Shown: positions 41,862 to 52,331 of the stretch, in pieces
Layout: every line of letters starts with the position of its first letter
How positions within the stretch are numbered: the first letter of the stretch is position 1
Sequence record: LR756504.1
Length of the DNA: 64,000 nt
Direction: 5' to 3' (one strand)
Made by a program: the position numbers and the translations under genes
The notes under the pieces: generated by a model
The model's database searches: none
Told to the model about the DNA's origin: nothing
What the model saw: only the letters and a program-made list of their open reading frames with translations

Positions 41862-43169
41862 TTATTTCAAATTTTTATTTCCCAAGAAAGCTTCTTTAAT
41901 TGTAATATGTTCTTGTTCTAATTCTGATTTTTCTGATTTTAAAGCAACATAAGCACCTTTAACTTGCTCGTTTATTTCTAATAATCCACTATATTCAAGT
42001 TTAGTGATATTCTCATTAATTTCTGATATTTTAGTTAAAACAACTTTTTCTCTTCTTTCCAAATCATGTCTAACTTGTACTTCTTTGCTAAATTTGTTTT
42101 TAAAGAAATCTGACATATCAAATCCTAATTGATTATTCATTTCATTACAAAGCATAGTAGCTGAATCATATTCATAGAATGTATTACCAAATCTTTTATC
42201 CATTGAATAAACATACATTGCATCCTTATAATTGAATGCAAAGCATTCTAAGAATGGATTAGTGATATTAGAAACTTTTTGTACAATATCTAATTCTACG
42301 AATTTATCCAAACCATTTACACAGTTAAAAATAACTGGATACATATCATGTCTCATATAAGGAATTATAGGAGAACTAAATATAGATTCCAGTGTAGTTG
42401 CTTTATCACATTTCTCACCATTTAAGAACAAATCACCATTTTTGAATGATACACCTAAAGATAAACCTTCTTCAATTTGGAAATTTATTTGATCACCATC
42501 GATATCGCCAATTCTTAAAGCTTTTTCAAGCATAGTCAATTGTAATAACAATCCTGTATCACTGATGTGATTAGAAGGTGTTGAAGGTTCAATAGATTTT
42601 TCAGTTAAATGAAACCATTTATCTCCAACAAAAGTTAAGAAACCATCTTGAACTTTTTCAACAACTGAATATACTTCTTGTGTTCTTCCACCTGCACTAG
42701 AAAGATTAGCTCTATCTGATGGCTTAGTTGTATATTTAAACATGAAGTTTTTAACTTGTCGAATCCAAGTATATTGTGATAACTCATTAAGAATTTTAAT
42801 TTGCTTATCTCTATCATCACCTTCGTTGATAATATTAAGAATAACTTGCATAGGGTGTCTATAAATCATACCCTGATTTGCATTTTCCAATGCACGATAT
42901 AAATCATCTAGTTCGTAGAACAATTCTTCATCACCTATAGCAGCACTAACACTTTCTACTAATGCTTTCACAGTTTCATCATATGAAAATTTCTTTAATC
43001 CTTCTGATAAAGATGAAATAATCTGTTTTTGAGAAGGTGTTTTACCTGTTTCATCACAGTTGAATAATCCCAAATGATAATTCACCACTCTTTCTACATC
43101 AGCTTGATCGTGTGATAAGCTTTTTTTGTAGTTGAATAATTCTAAAACTAATTTGCTATTATTTATCAT
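41862..43169 (-). CDS. Hypothetical protein, likely virion-associated
   Basis: 435 aa, follows the gp15-like gene, preceded by TTATATATA, C-terminal coiled coil. Confidence 0.6.
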   Translation of the reverse strand: MINNSKLVLELFNYKKSLSHDQADVERVVNYHLGLFNCDETGKTPSQKQIISSLSEGLKKFSYDETVKALVESVSAAIGDEELFYELDDLYRALENANQGMIYRHPMQVILNIINEGDDRDKQIKILNELSQYTWIRQVKNFMFKYTTKPSDRANLSSAGGRTQEVYSVVEKVQDGFLTFVGDKWFHLTEKSIEPSTPSNHISDTGLLLQLTMLEKALRIGDIDGDQINFQIEEGLSLGVSFKNGDLFLNGEKCDKATTLESIFSSPIIPYMRHDMYPVIFNCVNGLDKFVELDIVQKVSNITNPFLECFAFNYKDAMYVYSMDKRFGNTFYEYDSATMLCNEMNNQLGFDMSDFFKNKFSKEVQVRHDLERREKVVLTKISEINENITKLEYSGLLEINEQVKGAYVALKSEKSELEQEHITIKEAFLGNKNLK

Positions 43170-43238
43170 TTTCTGATATATTATTTTTTATTATATATAA
43201 AAACCAAATTCTGTAAAAAATCGATTTTTTGTTATATT

Positions 43239-43979
43239 TTAATCAAAACTTGTACCACCAAGCCACTTTCTTTCTCTATTTTGTTTTCTTAATTCCCACA
43301 TAGAACCCCTAAATTCTACTTTCTTTCTTGATGATGAAATTGGTGCTTGTACGGGTTCTATCGGATAAAATGTATTAACATCAATAGATAATTTTATAGT
43401 TTTTTTATCTTCTCCCGAAAACCCTTGTATTTCTCTTGGTATTTCAGCACTAACTGAATCTGGAATAGACATCGTACAATCTATTCTATAATAATTCCAC
43501 TCAAAATTAAAATATTTATAAGGATATAATGTATTCCATATAGCTTGTTCACATTTAAACATTTCTGCTTCAGTTGATAATTTTATAGTTATATCATAAG
43601 TTAATTTTAAAGGTAGTATACGTTGATTTTGGATAGTAACCTTTTGTAATTGACCATCAATTTCTTTATATACTTGTATAGGAACATTTGGATTAGCAAA
43701 TTCTGCGGTTTTGGTACTTCTTGAAGTTAATAATACAATAGCTCTTTGTAATTGTTCTATATTTAATTCTGGACGTGTTCCATAAGTATCATCCATGAAA
43801 GCATCCATTAAATATCTTTCATCTCCAACCAATGAGTATTGAAATGGTATAGAAACTAATACTTTTTTATCTTCAAATGTATTATACCATCTTAATCTAT
43901 TGTGAAGTTGTGAAATTAAAGAAACTGTTGCACTTCTTAAAAAAACATCATCATAATTATAACTCTTTTCAAAATCCAT
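43239..43979 (-). CDS. Tail terminator / sheath stabiliser (gp15-like)
   Basis: YNYDD.FLR....L...L, V.IPF.Y....ERYL, PL.L.Y.I.I motifs. Confidence 0.7.
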   Translation of the reverse strand: MDFEKSYNYDDVFLRSATVSLISQLHNRLRWYNTFEDKKVLVSIPFQYSLVGDERYLMDAFMDDTYGTRPELNIEQLQRAIVLLTSRSTKTAEFANPNVPIQVYKEIDGQLQKVTIQNQRILPLKLTYDITIKLSTEAEMFKCEQAIWNTLYPYKYFNFEWNYYRIDCTMSIPDSVSAEIPREIQGFSGEDKKTIKLSIDVNTFYPIEPVQAPISSSRKKVEFRGSMWELRKQNRERKWLGGTSFD

Positions 43980-44019
43980 AATATTATATATTAATTTCTT
44001 AAATTTTTTTTATGTGATA

Positions 44020-44064
44020 TTGTATTTCTCATAAAAAATGCATACCTTTGTACTATAATACAAA
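44020..44064 (+). promoter_or_regulatory. Bacteroidota-type promoter (TTG-N20-TACCTTTG) overlapped by the palindrome TTTGTA-N6-TACAAA
   Basis: ttg at 44020-22, tacctttg at 44043-50; matches the established -33/-7 consensus. Confidence 0.7.
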
Positions 44065-44069
44065 TTTAT

Positions 44070-44375
44070 ATGGTAGATAAAATAATTTACACTAAAACTT
44101 TAGGAAAAAATATAATTAATATTGTATTAAACTATGCATCGAACACGTTATACATTGTAGTAGCTACTCCTATTGGAAATAGTGAGTTTGCTGGTAAGCG
44201 TGTTGGAAACACATTTAAAATAGAAGATGAAGAAAAAGCTATACAATTAGTGAATAACATTCATGATAAATGGCTTACTATTTATAGAAATATTGAGAAG
44301 AATGTGCATGTAGATTTAAATGGAAACTTAAAATCATTAGCATTATCTTCTTCAAAATCATTTTGTTATAATTAA
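44070..44375 (+). CDS. Hypothetical protein
   Basis: 101-aa ORF behind a host-type promoter. Confidence 0.65.
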   Translation: MVDKIIYTKTLGKNIINIVLNYASNTLYIVVATPIGNSEFAGKRVGNTFKIEDEEKAIQLVNNIHDKWLTIYRNIEKNVHVDLNGNLKSLALSSSKSFCYN

Positions 44376-44379
44376 TTTC

Positions 44380-44823
44380 TTATCTTACAAGTGGTGGATA
44401 TACACCTCTTTCGTTATAACTCCAACCAAGAATTTTTATTGGCTCTAAAAAAGATTCGTCTTTAATTGAATAATATTGTATTCTACAAGCTTCTAACATC
44501 GTGTGTAATACTTGCTCAGATACTAAAGTCTGCCCTTTCATAACATTATCAGTAACATAATCTCCTACTATTTTAGCAAGTCTAGGTGAAGTAGCCTTTT
44601 TATTCTTTTTTAAAATTTCAGCCAAATCAATCACCCAATCAGTTTTCTTAAAAAATTCAGGGTTATTTGTTACTAAATCTTTTTCTAGACTTAATGTTTT
44701 ACCCCTCACTTTAAAAATAAAGAAGCCTTCTTTTTCGTTATCAACTTTAGTTCCTTTGGGAAGAGTTAGAATTTGTTTCTTATCATTAATGTACTGGAAA
44801 TCCTGTACTAATTCATATGCCAT
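44380..44823 (-). CDS. Hypothetical protein
   Basis: 147-aa ORF. Confidence 0.65.
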   Translation of the reverse strand: MAYELVQDFQYINDKKQILTLPKGTKVDNEKEGFFIFKVRGKTLSLEKDLVTNNPEFFKKTDWVIDLAEILKKNKKATSPRLAKIVGDYVTDNVMKGQTLVSEQVLHTMLEACRIQYYSIKDESFLEPIKILGWSYNERGVYPPLVR

Positions 44824-44897
44824 ATATCAACACATTTTTATATTATTACAAAAAAATCAAAAATGTTTAATTAATATATAAAAATAAAAGAATAATT

Positions 44898-45110
44898 ATG
44901 AAAAAATTCATTAATTTTTGTAACAAAGCATTTGATTTCATTGCAAAAATATTTGACTTACTTTTCTTAATTATGATGGCACTTTTTATATTTCTTTTAA
45001 TAATAGAGCTTATAAAAGAACCTTCGTCGGGAGTATGGTTTGGACTTGTATTTTGTATAGTATCATCAGTATCTTTTATTTACTTTAGATTTATAAGGAA
45101 TAAAAAATAA
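44898..45110 (+). CDS. Small two-helix membrane protein
   Basis: Two hydrophobic stretches and a basic C-terminus. Confidence 0.6.
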   Translation: MKKFINFCNKAFDFIAKIFDLLFLIMMALFIFLLIIELIKEPSSGVWFGLVFCIVSSVSFIYFRFIRNKK

Positions 45111-45138
45111 AAGGATTCTTTCGAATCCCTTTATTTTT
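45103..45138. terminator. Bidirectional intrinsic terminator
   Basis: aaaaataaaaggattc-tttc-gaatccctttattttt. Confidence 0.75.
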
Positions 45139-46912
45139 ACCATGTTTTTCCACCACCACCGCCACCAAATTCTCCGCCACCATAACTATTGCCTCCACTA
45201 CTACCCCCAGAAATATTTCCACTGTTGTTATTTGAATAGCTATAACTCGAACTTACACTTTGTTGACTAGCAACGTGATTTTTATGTTCTCTTTCTATTT
45301 TGCTCAATATATCTTTTATATCATTGTGTAAAGTGAAGAGTGTTGATGATAATTTAATAGCATCTAATGTAGCTAACCCATCAGCATTCTTTCTTGTTTT
45401 TTCCCATTTAGTTAAAAAAGATTCGTAGCAATTTTTTGACATTGAACTAACACCACTATTAGTAATTTTATTTGAACAATCTATTACTGTACACGCAACA
45501 TTAGATGCTCTACTAGGGATATTTTTTAATGCTGTTTTATAATCGCTTTCAATAGTTAATATAGTATTTGCTTTAGTATAATAATCATTGAGCTTCTTAA
45601 CTGTAGACAACCACAGTTCTCTTACTATAGTCCAATTTTTTTCTAAATCTCCATTATTTTTGTAATTATCAATTTTAGACAAAACATTTTTAGACTCTTC
45701 AATAATTATATCAGAACCAATAAAATTTAATGATAAATCTCTTGAAATAACTTTGGCTTTATCATTCATTTTAATATATTTAGACAAATCCATACCAGAC
45801 TCTATATCTAATCTCACATTTATATCATTTTTTACTTCGGTATATCTCGTTTTTATATTATCGTAGCTATATGTTATAGTAGTATTTAATTTAATATTTC
45901 CTACCATACTTTGCAAATTAGTAAGCATTGGTAAAACATTAGGATGCGTAGTCCATTTAGATAGATAATCTATCATGGAATTGACATCAACTTCCATTAT
46001 ATGTTTAATATCAATTAAACTACATATTTTATTATAATTAATGGCAACTTCCGTATATTCCTTTTTTAATTCAAATGTTTGTTGTTGTATGTGATTTATT
46101 TTTAGAGGATTTGATTTTTTAACAGATTCTTCAAGTTTATTTGTATCTAACACTAATTTTTTAATCAAATCGGTATCATTGTATGGTATAGTTTTATTAG
46201 ATTTTCTAATAGCTTCAATATCAGTGTTTATTTTATTTTTAATTTTTCTATATTCATTTTTTATTTTAATAAATTTATAAATTTTATAGATTACAAAGCC
46301 TAAAATAAAAGCTAATACTAAACATATGAAGAAATTTTTAGTATTTTCTGCTGCTTTTTCTGTCTGTCTTTGTTGTTCTAATACACGAGCTTCTTCTTCA
46401 CGAATTCTCCAATCTTCTCTATCGGATTCACTCATTTTGCCTATTTTTTCATGAATTAAATCAATAAGCTTTAGAGTACCATTATCAAATTCACCCGCTT
46501 TTAATTCTTCTATTGGATATGCAATGTTACATAAATGATTTGCATCAGCATCCGTAATAATAGCTTCTATACCATATCCAGTGGCTACCCATATTTTATG
46601 TTCGTTTGGTGCTATTAATATAACAATACCATTATTAGAGCCATTTTTACCGACACCCCATCTATAGCCTACTTCGGTTGCATATGATGCAACGTCATAT
46701 CCTTCAAGAGATTTTACAGTGATTACAGCATATTCAACACCTGTGTTGTACTGTTCTTCCCATTGAAGCAACATTTGACTTATTTCTTCATCTTTATTAA
46801 GAACATTAGCATCATCTACTACCCATGTAATAGGATTTGGTTCAGGGATACTATCTTGCCCAAATACAGTGATTGAAATTAATGTTAATAAAACTATAAA
46901 TATTTTTTTCAT
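45137..46912 (-). CDS. TPM-domain (DUF477/YgcG-like) membrane protein with long cytoplasmic helical region
   Basis: Signal peptide, VVDDANVL, WGVGK...NNG..ILIA, TGYG.E..ITD, TM helix, C-terminal GGG.FGGGGGG..W. Confidence 0.85.
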   Translation of the reverse strand: MKKIFIVLLTLISITVFGQDSIPEPNPITWVVDDANVLNKDEEISQMLLQWEEQYNTGVEYAVITVKSLEGYDVASYATEVGYRWGVGKNGSNNGIVILIAPNEHKIWVATGYGIEAIITDADANHLCNIAYPIEELKAGEFDNGTLKLIDLIHEKIGKMSESDREDWRIREEEARVLEQQRQTEKAAENTKNFFICLVLAFILGFVIYKIYKFIKIKNEYRKIKNKINTDIEAIRKSNKTIPYNDTDLIKKLVLDTNKLEESVKKSNPLKINHIQQQTFELKKEYTEVAINYNKICSLIDIKHIMEVDVNSMIDYLSKWTTHPNVLPMLTNLQSMVGNIKLNTTITYSYDNIKTRYTEVKNDINVRLDIESGMDLSKYIKMNDKAKVISRDLSLNFIGSDIIIEESKNVLSKIDNYKNNGDLEKNWTIVRELWLSTVKKLNDYYTKANTILTIESDYKTALKNIPSRASNVACTVIDCSNKITNSGVSSMSKNCYESFLTKWEKTRKNADGLATLDAIKLSSTLFTLHNDIKDILSKIEREHKNHVASQQSVSSSYSYSNNNSGNISGGSSGGNSYGGGEFGGGGGGKTW

Positions 46913-47027
46913 AAGTATTTAATTATCAATCTATTAAATAACGGAATTGTAATATTGTAGAAATTCTATTATTACTTCTTACAAAAATAAATAAAAAAAT
47001 CAAGATTTCAAAATTTATATGGATAAT

Positions 47028-47312
47028 TTATTCTATTTTAGCATCTAATCCATTTTCAGTAAGTGCATCTCTAATTGGTCTTAATTCATCATATTCGCCA
47101 TGTTTAACAGCATATTTCTGTTTTTCATGAATAAACATAGCACATTGCTCTGCCTGGTGGGGTGTGTGTTTACAATAAGAAATAAGACATCTTATTACAT
47201 GTTGAAATGTGTTATAATCATCATTATAAACAACTATCTTTTTTGATAGATTATCTTCCAATAAAACATCTGTGTCTTCTTGTATTTCTGTGAGTATTCC
47301 TAATTTAATCAT
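47028..47312 (-). CDS. clpS: ATP-dependent Clp protease adaptor ClpS
   Basis: IVVYNDDYNTFQHVI..L, AEQCA..IH, VK.G, L...GL.A.I. Confidence 0.9.
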   Translation of the reverse strand: MIKLGILTEIQEDTDVLLEDNLSKKIVVYNDDYNTFQHVIRCLISYCKHTPHQAEQCAMFIHEKQKYAVKHGEYDELRPIRDALTENGLDAKIE

Positions 47313-47398
47313 ATTTTATTAATTATTTCTTAGCCTATTATAGCATTTTATATCTTAAAAGTTTTATTTTTAGAGAACTTGTATATAATATATACAAT

Positions 47399-48055
47399 AT
47401 GAAATATTTCAAAAATTTCGATTTGTTTGAAAAAAGAATTACTGATAGAGTAATTTCTGCCAAAGATTTGTTAAATTCTGTTGATTCTGATGATATGTTG
47501 GAATTAGGTTACCCATATAAAGAAATGCTTGGTGATATATCAAAAACATTTACGCTTTTTTTACACGGTCGTCCATCTTCGGGGAAATCAACATTTTTGT
47601 TAAAATTTGCACATGATTTAGCACTCACACAAGGAAAAGTTTTATATGTTAGTTCCGAAGAATTTGGCTCTGTTACGCTTGTTAAAAAATTAAAAGATAT
47701 GATGGGTAAGGAGGAAGAGGATGAATTTGAATTACCTGAAAATTTATTCTTCGCTAAGGGACTTACAGATTTAACGGATTATCCTTTTGTAATTTTAGAT
47801 TCTGTTAATGATTTAGGATTAGAAATAGAAGATTTTAAAGAATTAAAAACAATTTATTCCAATACTGCATTTATATTGGTATTACAAAATACAAAATCTG
47901 GTGATTATAGAGGTGGTAAAGAGTGGGAACACGAAGTTGATATTGCTGGTGAAATAGAACATGGCGTTATTAACATATTTAAAAATAGATTTGGTGTATA
48001 TTCTAAGTATGATTTTTTTAATGATGAATTTTTAGATAAAAATGATGATGAATAG
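47399..48055 (+). CDS. RadA/Sms-like ATPase domain protein with capsid-targeting-like N-terminus
   Basis: GRPSSGKST, LYVSSEE, ILDSV, EH.VD, KNRFG; no Lon-like C-terminal domain. Confidence 0.8.
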   Translation: MKYFKNFDLFEKRITDRVISAKDLLNSVDSDDMLELGYPYKEMLGDISKTFTLFLHGRPSSGKSTFLLKFAHDLALTQGKVLYVSSEEFGSVTLVKKLKDMMGKEEEDEFELPENLFFAKGLTDLTDYPFVILDSVNDLGLEIEDFKELKTIYSNTAFILVLQNTKSGDYRGGKEWEHEVDIAGEIEHGVINIFKNRFGVYSKYDFFNDEFLDKNDDE

Positions 48056-48170
48056 GTTTTTGAAACGTTGATTTAATCATTTTAAAGCTTTTTTTAAATC
48101 AAAAGTGAAACTTTCCACATTTTTATTAGCATATGTTGTAAAAAATTAGTATTTTTGTATTATGAATAAT

Positions 48171-48545
48171 ATGAAACATATAAATAACTTCAAATCTGTC
48201 AATAATAAAAGCAGATTGAATAAAGATACAACTGAAGAATCTAAATTAAGAGCTTCTTATAAAGAACGTATTGAAAAGTTTATGAATACTTTTTCTGACA
48301 ATCCTGAACATTGGGGTAAAGCTACTAGTGAGTTACCTGATATACATCATCGAATGTCCGATACATACAATGAATTTGTAAATGAGGGGGAAATAGATGG
48401 TGATATTTATACTGGTTATGAAGGACGCAGTAAAACACCAAAAGAATATATCACTAAAGCAAAAAGAGGTATACGCTATTTATCAGATAGACTACCTATA
48501 TACTTATTAAAAGATATAATTAAATTTTATGAAAGTTGGTTTTAA
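48171..48545 (+). CDS. Hypothetical protein
   Basis: Start MKHINNF; TATTTTTG promoter box at 48150-48157. Confidence 0.6.
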   Translation: MKHINNFKSVNNKSRLNKDTTEESKLRASYKERIEKFMNTFSDNPEHWGKATSELPDIHHRMSDTYNEFVNEGEIDGDIYTGYEGRSKTPKEYITKAKRGIRYLSDRLPIYLLKDIIKFYESWF

Positions 48546-48733
48546 AAATCTAAATCAATATCATATTCAATAATAGTATCTTTATCACATTCTATACAAG
48601 AAAATATAGCGCAAGAAGAAAAATATTCAATTGATGTTCCTGTATCATCGGCAATAAATTTAATACCATATTCATTGGTATCACCATTATTTTTTATATT
48701 ATTTGATCCACATTTTGGACAAAACTTTACCAT
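48542..48733 (-). CDS. Small zinc-ribbon protein
   Basis: CPKC...CIEC. Confidence 0.65.
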   Translation of the reverse strand: MVKFCPKCGSNNIKNNGDTNEYGIKFIADDTGTSIEYFSSCAIFSCIECDKDTIIEYDIDLDF

Positions 48734-48736
48734 TTT

Positions 48737-49057
48737 TTATTCTTTAGTATTTTCTTTGTCTTTATTCAATCCTTGTAAGAAGATTAAATAATTAATTGCA
48801 TCTGTTATTCTACTTTCAATAGGTTCTGATTGCGAAGCACCATCAGTCTTAATATAATGATAAATAGCATCTATGTGTTTTTTTAAACCAAATCCTAAAT
48901 ATTTTTCTGGTGCTACATCAAATGATTCTCCACCGTGTTTAAAAGCATATAACATATCTACATTTCCTTTAGTATAATCCTTACCTTTAGTATCTGTTAA
49001 TTGGATACATTTTTTAATAAGGTCTTTTCTCATTTCATTAAACTCTTCTGCTTTCAT
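48737..49057 (-). CDS. DUF1599/Nmad1-like all-alpha nucleotide-processing protein
   Basis: K..DY, K..R/H, E.I..RI.D.INY pattern. Confidence 0.6.
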   Translation of the reverse strand: MKAEEFNEMRKDLIKKCIQLTDTKGKDYTKGNVDMLYAFKHGGESFDVAPEKYLGFGLKKHIDAIYHYIKTDGASQSEPIESRITDAINYLIFLQGLNKDKENTKE

Positions 49058-49749
49058 AATAATTCTTCTATTTTATTTTTTCTAAATACTTTACTTGGTA
49101 AATCTACAGATATTACCATATCTGAATCTTTTGCTATTATAGCAAACATTGTAGTAAAAGTTTGGTTGCCATTATCAATATTTTTATAAACTAAACATAC
49201 ATTACCATGTGATATAGTATCATTTGATACATTGGTAAAAATCATTTTATTTCTAGGTAAATTATTATTTATAGTTACATTAATATTTAATAATTTATGT
49301 ATATTAAAATCAAATTTATTATAAATATAATCTTTAGCATCAATATGTAAAGAAATATTTGTTATATTATTATATCCAAATCCTATTTTAGATGCTTTGA
49401 GTTTAACTTCAAGATAAGCCATTTGCATAAGATGATGAAATGTACCAATTGATTTTTTTGTTGAACTCTCTATTGGTGGTACTATTTCTCTAACTGATGA
49501 TGTAATTGTTTCAAAATTTTTTATATGTTCCCATACGAAATATTTTAATTGTTCTTCTATTTCTTCAATTGTACCAATTACGCTATTTGTTAAATTAACA
49601 TTAGTACTTGCTAAATGCATTGAAAAATTATTTAAACCATGTGAGCCTTCTTCCACACCATCTACAATTTCTAAATAATAATACTTAGGTACGATTTCAT
49701 CAGCAATATTAAAAATATTAATACCAATATTATTAGGATTTAAAATCAT
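49054..49749 (-). CDS. Hypothetical protein with C-terminal RKNKIEELL motif
   Basis: 231-aa ORF. Confidence 0.6.
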   Translation of the reverse strand: MILNPNNIGINIFNIADEIVPKYYYLEIVDGVEEGSHGLNNFSMHLASTNVNLTNSVIGTIEEIEEQLKYFVWEHIKNFETITSSVREIVPPIESSTKKSIGTFHHLMQMAYLEVKLKASKIGFGYNNITNISLHIDAKDYIYNKFDFNIHKLLNINVTINNNLPRNKMIFTNVSNDTISHGNVCLVYKNIDNGNQTFTTMFAIIAKDSDMVISVDLPSKVFRKNKIEELL

Positions 49750-50738
49750 AGTATAGCCTTTGCTTTTTCTAAAATTTGCTTTGGATAATGTTTAATATCA
49801 AAGTGTACAAGTTTTCTGTTAAATTGTACATTGTTTTTTATAAGAGCTTCCATTTCAGTAGATAATTCTACTTTCTTATATTCAGCAACATAAGGTATTA
49901 AATTATCTATCCATTTATCTTCAGAAAATATAATTTGATTAGGATAGTGTAATTTATAACTCTCCCATATTTTATTTGCACCAGCTTCACCTATACCTCT
50001 TTTTATGCCAGATTTTTGCTCAGTTATTAATATAGATTTTATATTATCTCCTACATCACCACTTACGATTTTAATAAATAATCTATGTTCACTATCAACT
50101 TCTTCTACAGGACATCTATCAGTTAATGTGTTATAATACGATAAAAATAAATCATTATCATTTAGATTAAATAAATCTTGTTCCGCTGTTTTTAATTCTC
50201 TTAAAAATAATTTATAGCCTTGTGGAACATATAATTTAGGGCGATATGCATCATCTTTTAATTGAATATTAATCCACGTTGGATTTAATCTATAATCCAG
50301 CAATTGTATTATATCTCCATCGGATGCTACTATTACATTTGATTCTCCTTTTTTATTGGCTCTCTTAGTTAGAAAATGAATAAAATCATCACCTTCTAAT
50401 CCTTCACTTTGTAGTACTGTTACTCTTTTATTTGTTTCTTTTAATTCCTCTTTAAATTGATCGAATGTATTGAAACAAAAATCCCAATCAATGTTTTCAT
50501 CTTTCTTTCTTTGTTCTTTATATGCAGAATATATTGATTTTCTCCAACTAGCTGAACGAGTATCAGAAACTAAATATATTTTTTCGAAAGGGTATTGCTT
50601 AATGTGTCTATTTATTGATACTTCTAGTGAAGTTAGTAAATCTCCAAAAAGTGTTTTGGTTTTGTGTAGAGAAAATATATTTCTATACAACATGTAATTA
50701 CCATCAATTATTAAATTAACTTTTATATTCATATACAT
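49746..50738 (-). CDS. T4-type RNase H / 5'-3' flap exonuclease
   Basis: IIDGN, D..SWRK..Y..YK..RK, EGDD.I, SDGD..QL, GD.GDNI, G.GE. Confidence 0.88.
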   Translation of the reverse strand: MYMNIKVNLIIDGNYMLYRNIFSLHKTKTLFGDLLTSLEVSINRHIKQYPFEKIYLVSDTRSASWRKSIYSAYKEQRKKDENIDWDFCFNTFDQFKEELKETNKRVTVLQSEGLEGDDFIHFLTKRANKKGESNVIVASDGDIIQLLDYRLNPTWINIQLKDDAYRPKLYVPQGYKLFLRELKTAEQDLFNLNDNDLFLSYYNTLTDRCPVEEVDSEHRLFIKIVSGDVGDNIKSILITEQKSGIKRGIGEAGANKIWESYKLHYPNQIIFSEDKWIDNLIPYVAEYKKVELSTEMEALIKNNVQFNRKLVHFDIKHYPKQILEKAKAIL

Positions 50739-50761
50739 GATATTAAAAAATTAGTAAAAGT

Positions 50762-51043
50762 TTAAATAAAATATGTAAATGAATGTACTTTTGGAGTACC
50801 ATCAGGATTATCACCATCTGTTATAGCAACACTTATAGACTTAACACTTTCTACAACTTTAGTGCCACTTTTAACTTCGTTCATTATATCATCTTTTTTC
50901 CATTTTACATCAATACCAGGAGTCTCTTTAATTATTCTTCTTAAATCCTCTTTGATTTGTTTTATTGAAAAATTATCTTTGAAATTAACTTTCATGATAT
51001 ATTCTCTTATCATTTGTTCTTTGTATAGTGCTGATGTATTCAT
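50762..51043 (-). CDS. Hypothetical protein
   Basis: 93-aa ORF in an operon-like run. Confidence 0.65.
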   Translation of the reverse strand: MNTSALYKEQMIREYIMKVNFKDNFSIKQIKEDLRRIIKETPGIDVKWKKDDIMNEVKSGTKVVESVKSISVAITDGDNPDGTPKVHSFTYFI

Positions 51044-51060
51044 TGTATATAATTATTTTT

Positions 51061-51339
51061 TTAAAATATCCCTATAATTCCAGTTACTACATTCTCTTCT
51101 ATAGCAACATTAATTCTTTTTTCATTTACTTCTTTGGTATATGAAATTTCCTCATTATTTTCTTTAACAATTCTCATATCGTGTCCAGTACTTTGTAAAA
51201 GCATTATAGCATCAATATCACTCATACCTAATATTTCACGACATAATAATGTTATGTCATTACCATCTACTCTATCTTCAAAATATGGTATATTACTCCA
51301 TATTGCATTACTTCTTTCTAACTCGTACTTTCTTCTCAT
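51061..51339 (-). CDS. Peptidase inhibitor I78 / potato inhibitor I-like small protein
   Basis: ILGMS..DA......G..MRIV......YT.EV..KRINV.I....V pattern. Confidence 0.55.
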   Translation of the reverse strand: MRRKYELERSNAIWSNIPYFEDRVDGNDITLLCREILGMSDIDAIMLLQSTGHDMRIVKENNEEISYTKEVNEKRINVAIEENVVTGIIGIF

Positions 51340-51373
51340 ATTATATATCTATTTATTGTTCTACTTTTTTCTA

Positions 51374-52318
51374 CTATTTAAAAATCTGTTGTAATTTGCA
51401 TACAAGAGCATAAAATGTTATGAAGCTATCCATTGCATGTGGTAATCTAACATCTGAATATTCAGATATTGTTATTAAAGCATCACCTAACTTATTCGTA
51501 TATTCAGGTTTTCTAACTTTTACCCATGTGAAAAATTCTCTACCTAATTTTGTAAATCCTACCGACACTTTATCCGACCAATTGATGTGTAAATAATCCC
51601 ATATATCTACTGTACTACTATTATTGAATATAATTTCATATAGTTTATCATCGGCTATATTTGTTTTAGCAATATTAAAACCAGATAAATGATAGTATTG
51701 TACATGTTGCCAAATTTTTCTAAAGTCAGGAAAACTTTTTATAATAATGTCTTTGACATCTTCTTTTGGTATATTAAGACTCTCTGAATTTATTATATCA
51801 ACAAGTCTTTTTGCATATTGTCTTTTAAGTTCTGTTGTTTCTTCTTGTCCTACTGGTGAAAAATCTATTATATTAAATCTGCTCTGTATAGGCTCATTAA
51901 TTTGACTTATTGTATTACACGTTGCGATAAATCTAACTCTAGATGAATGTTCTTCAATAAATGATTTTAGTTCTTCTTGTAATTGATTTGTTGCTCTATC
52001 GAACTCTTCAAAATAAACTACTCTGACTCTTTTGTCTTTCTCTCTATCTTTTTCATCCATTGATACTATCATCTTTTTACAGAAGTTATCAATATCATTT
52101 CTCAAAACATCTACACCTTGTTTAGCTGTAATTATTTTATGATGGTAGTCTTGTAATAAAATCCTTGCACATGTAGTTTTACCACAACCAGGTGGTCCTG
52201 TAAATATCATATTTGTATGGATCCCTTTCTCTATCATCCTTCTAATTCTATCAGGAATAATTACATCTTCTAGTTTAGTTGGACGATACTTCTCCCAAAA
52301 TAAATTTTCAGTTATCAT
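51374..52318 (-). CDS. Sliding-clamp loader ATPase subunit (gp44/RFC-like)
   Basis: WEKYRP, GPPGCGKTT, EEFD, FIATCN, I.SRF, PDFRK. Confidence 0.93.
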   Translation of the reverse strand: MITENLFWEKYRPTKLEDVIIPDRIRRMIEKGIHTNMIFTGPPGCGKTTCARILLQDYHHKIITAKQGVDVLRNDIDNFCKKMIVSMDEKDREKDKRVRVVYFEEFDRATNQLQEELKSFIEEHSSRVRFIATCNTISQINEPIQSRFNIIDFSPVGQEETTELKRQYAKRLVDIINSESLNIPKEDVKDIIIKSFPDFRKIWQHVQYYHLSGFNIAKTNIADDKLYEIIFNNSSTVDIWDYLHINWSDKVSVGFTKLGREFFTWVKVRKPEYTNKLGDALITISEYSDVRLPHAMDSFITFYALVCKLQQIFK

Positions 52319-52331
52319 ATTGATTATATTA

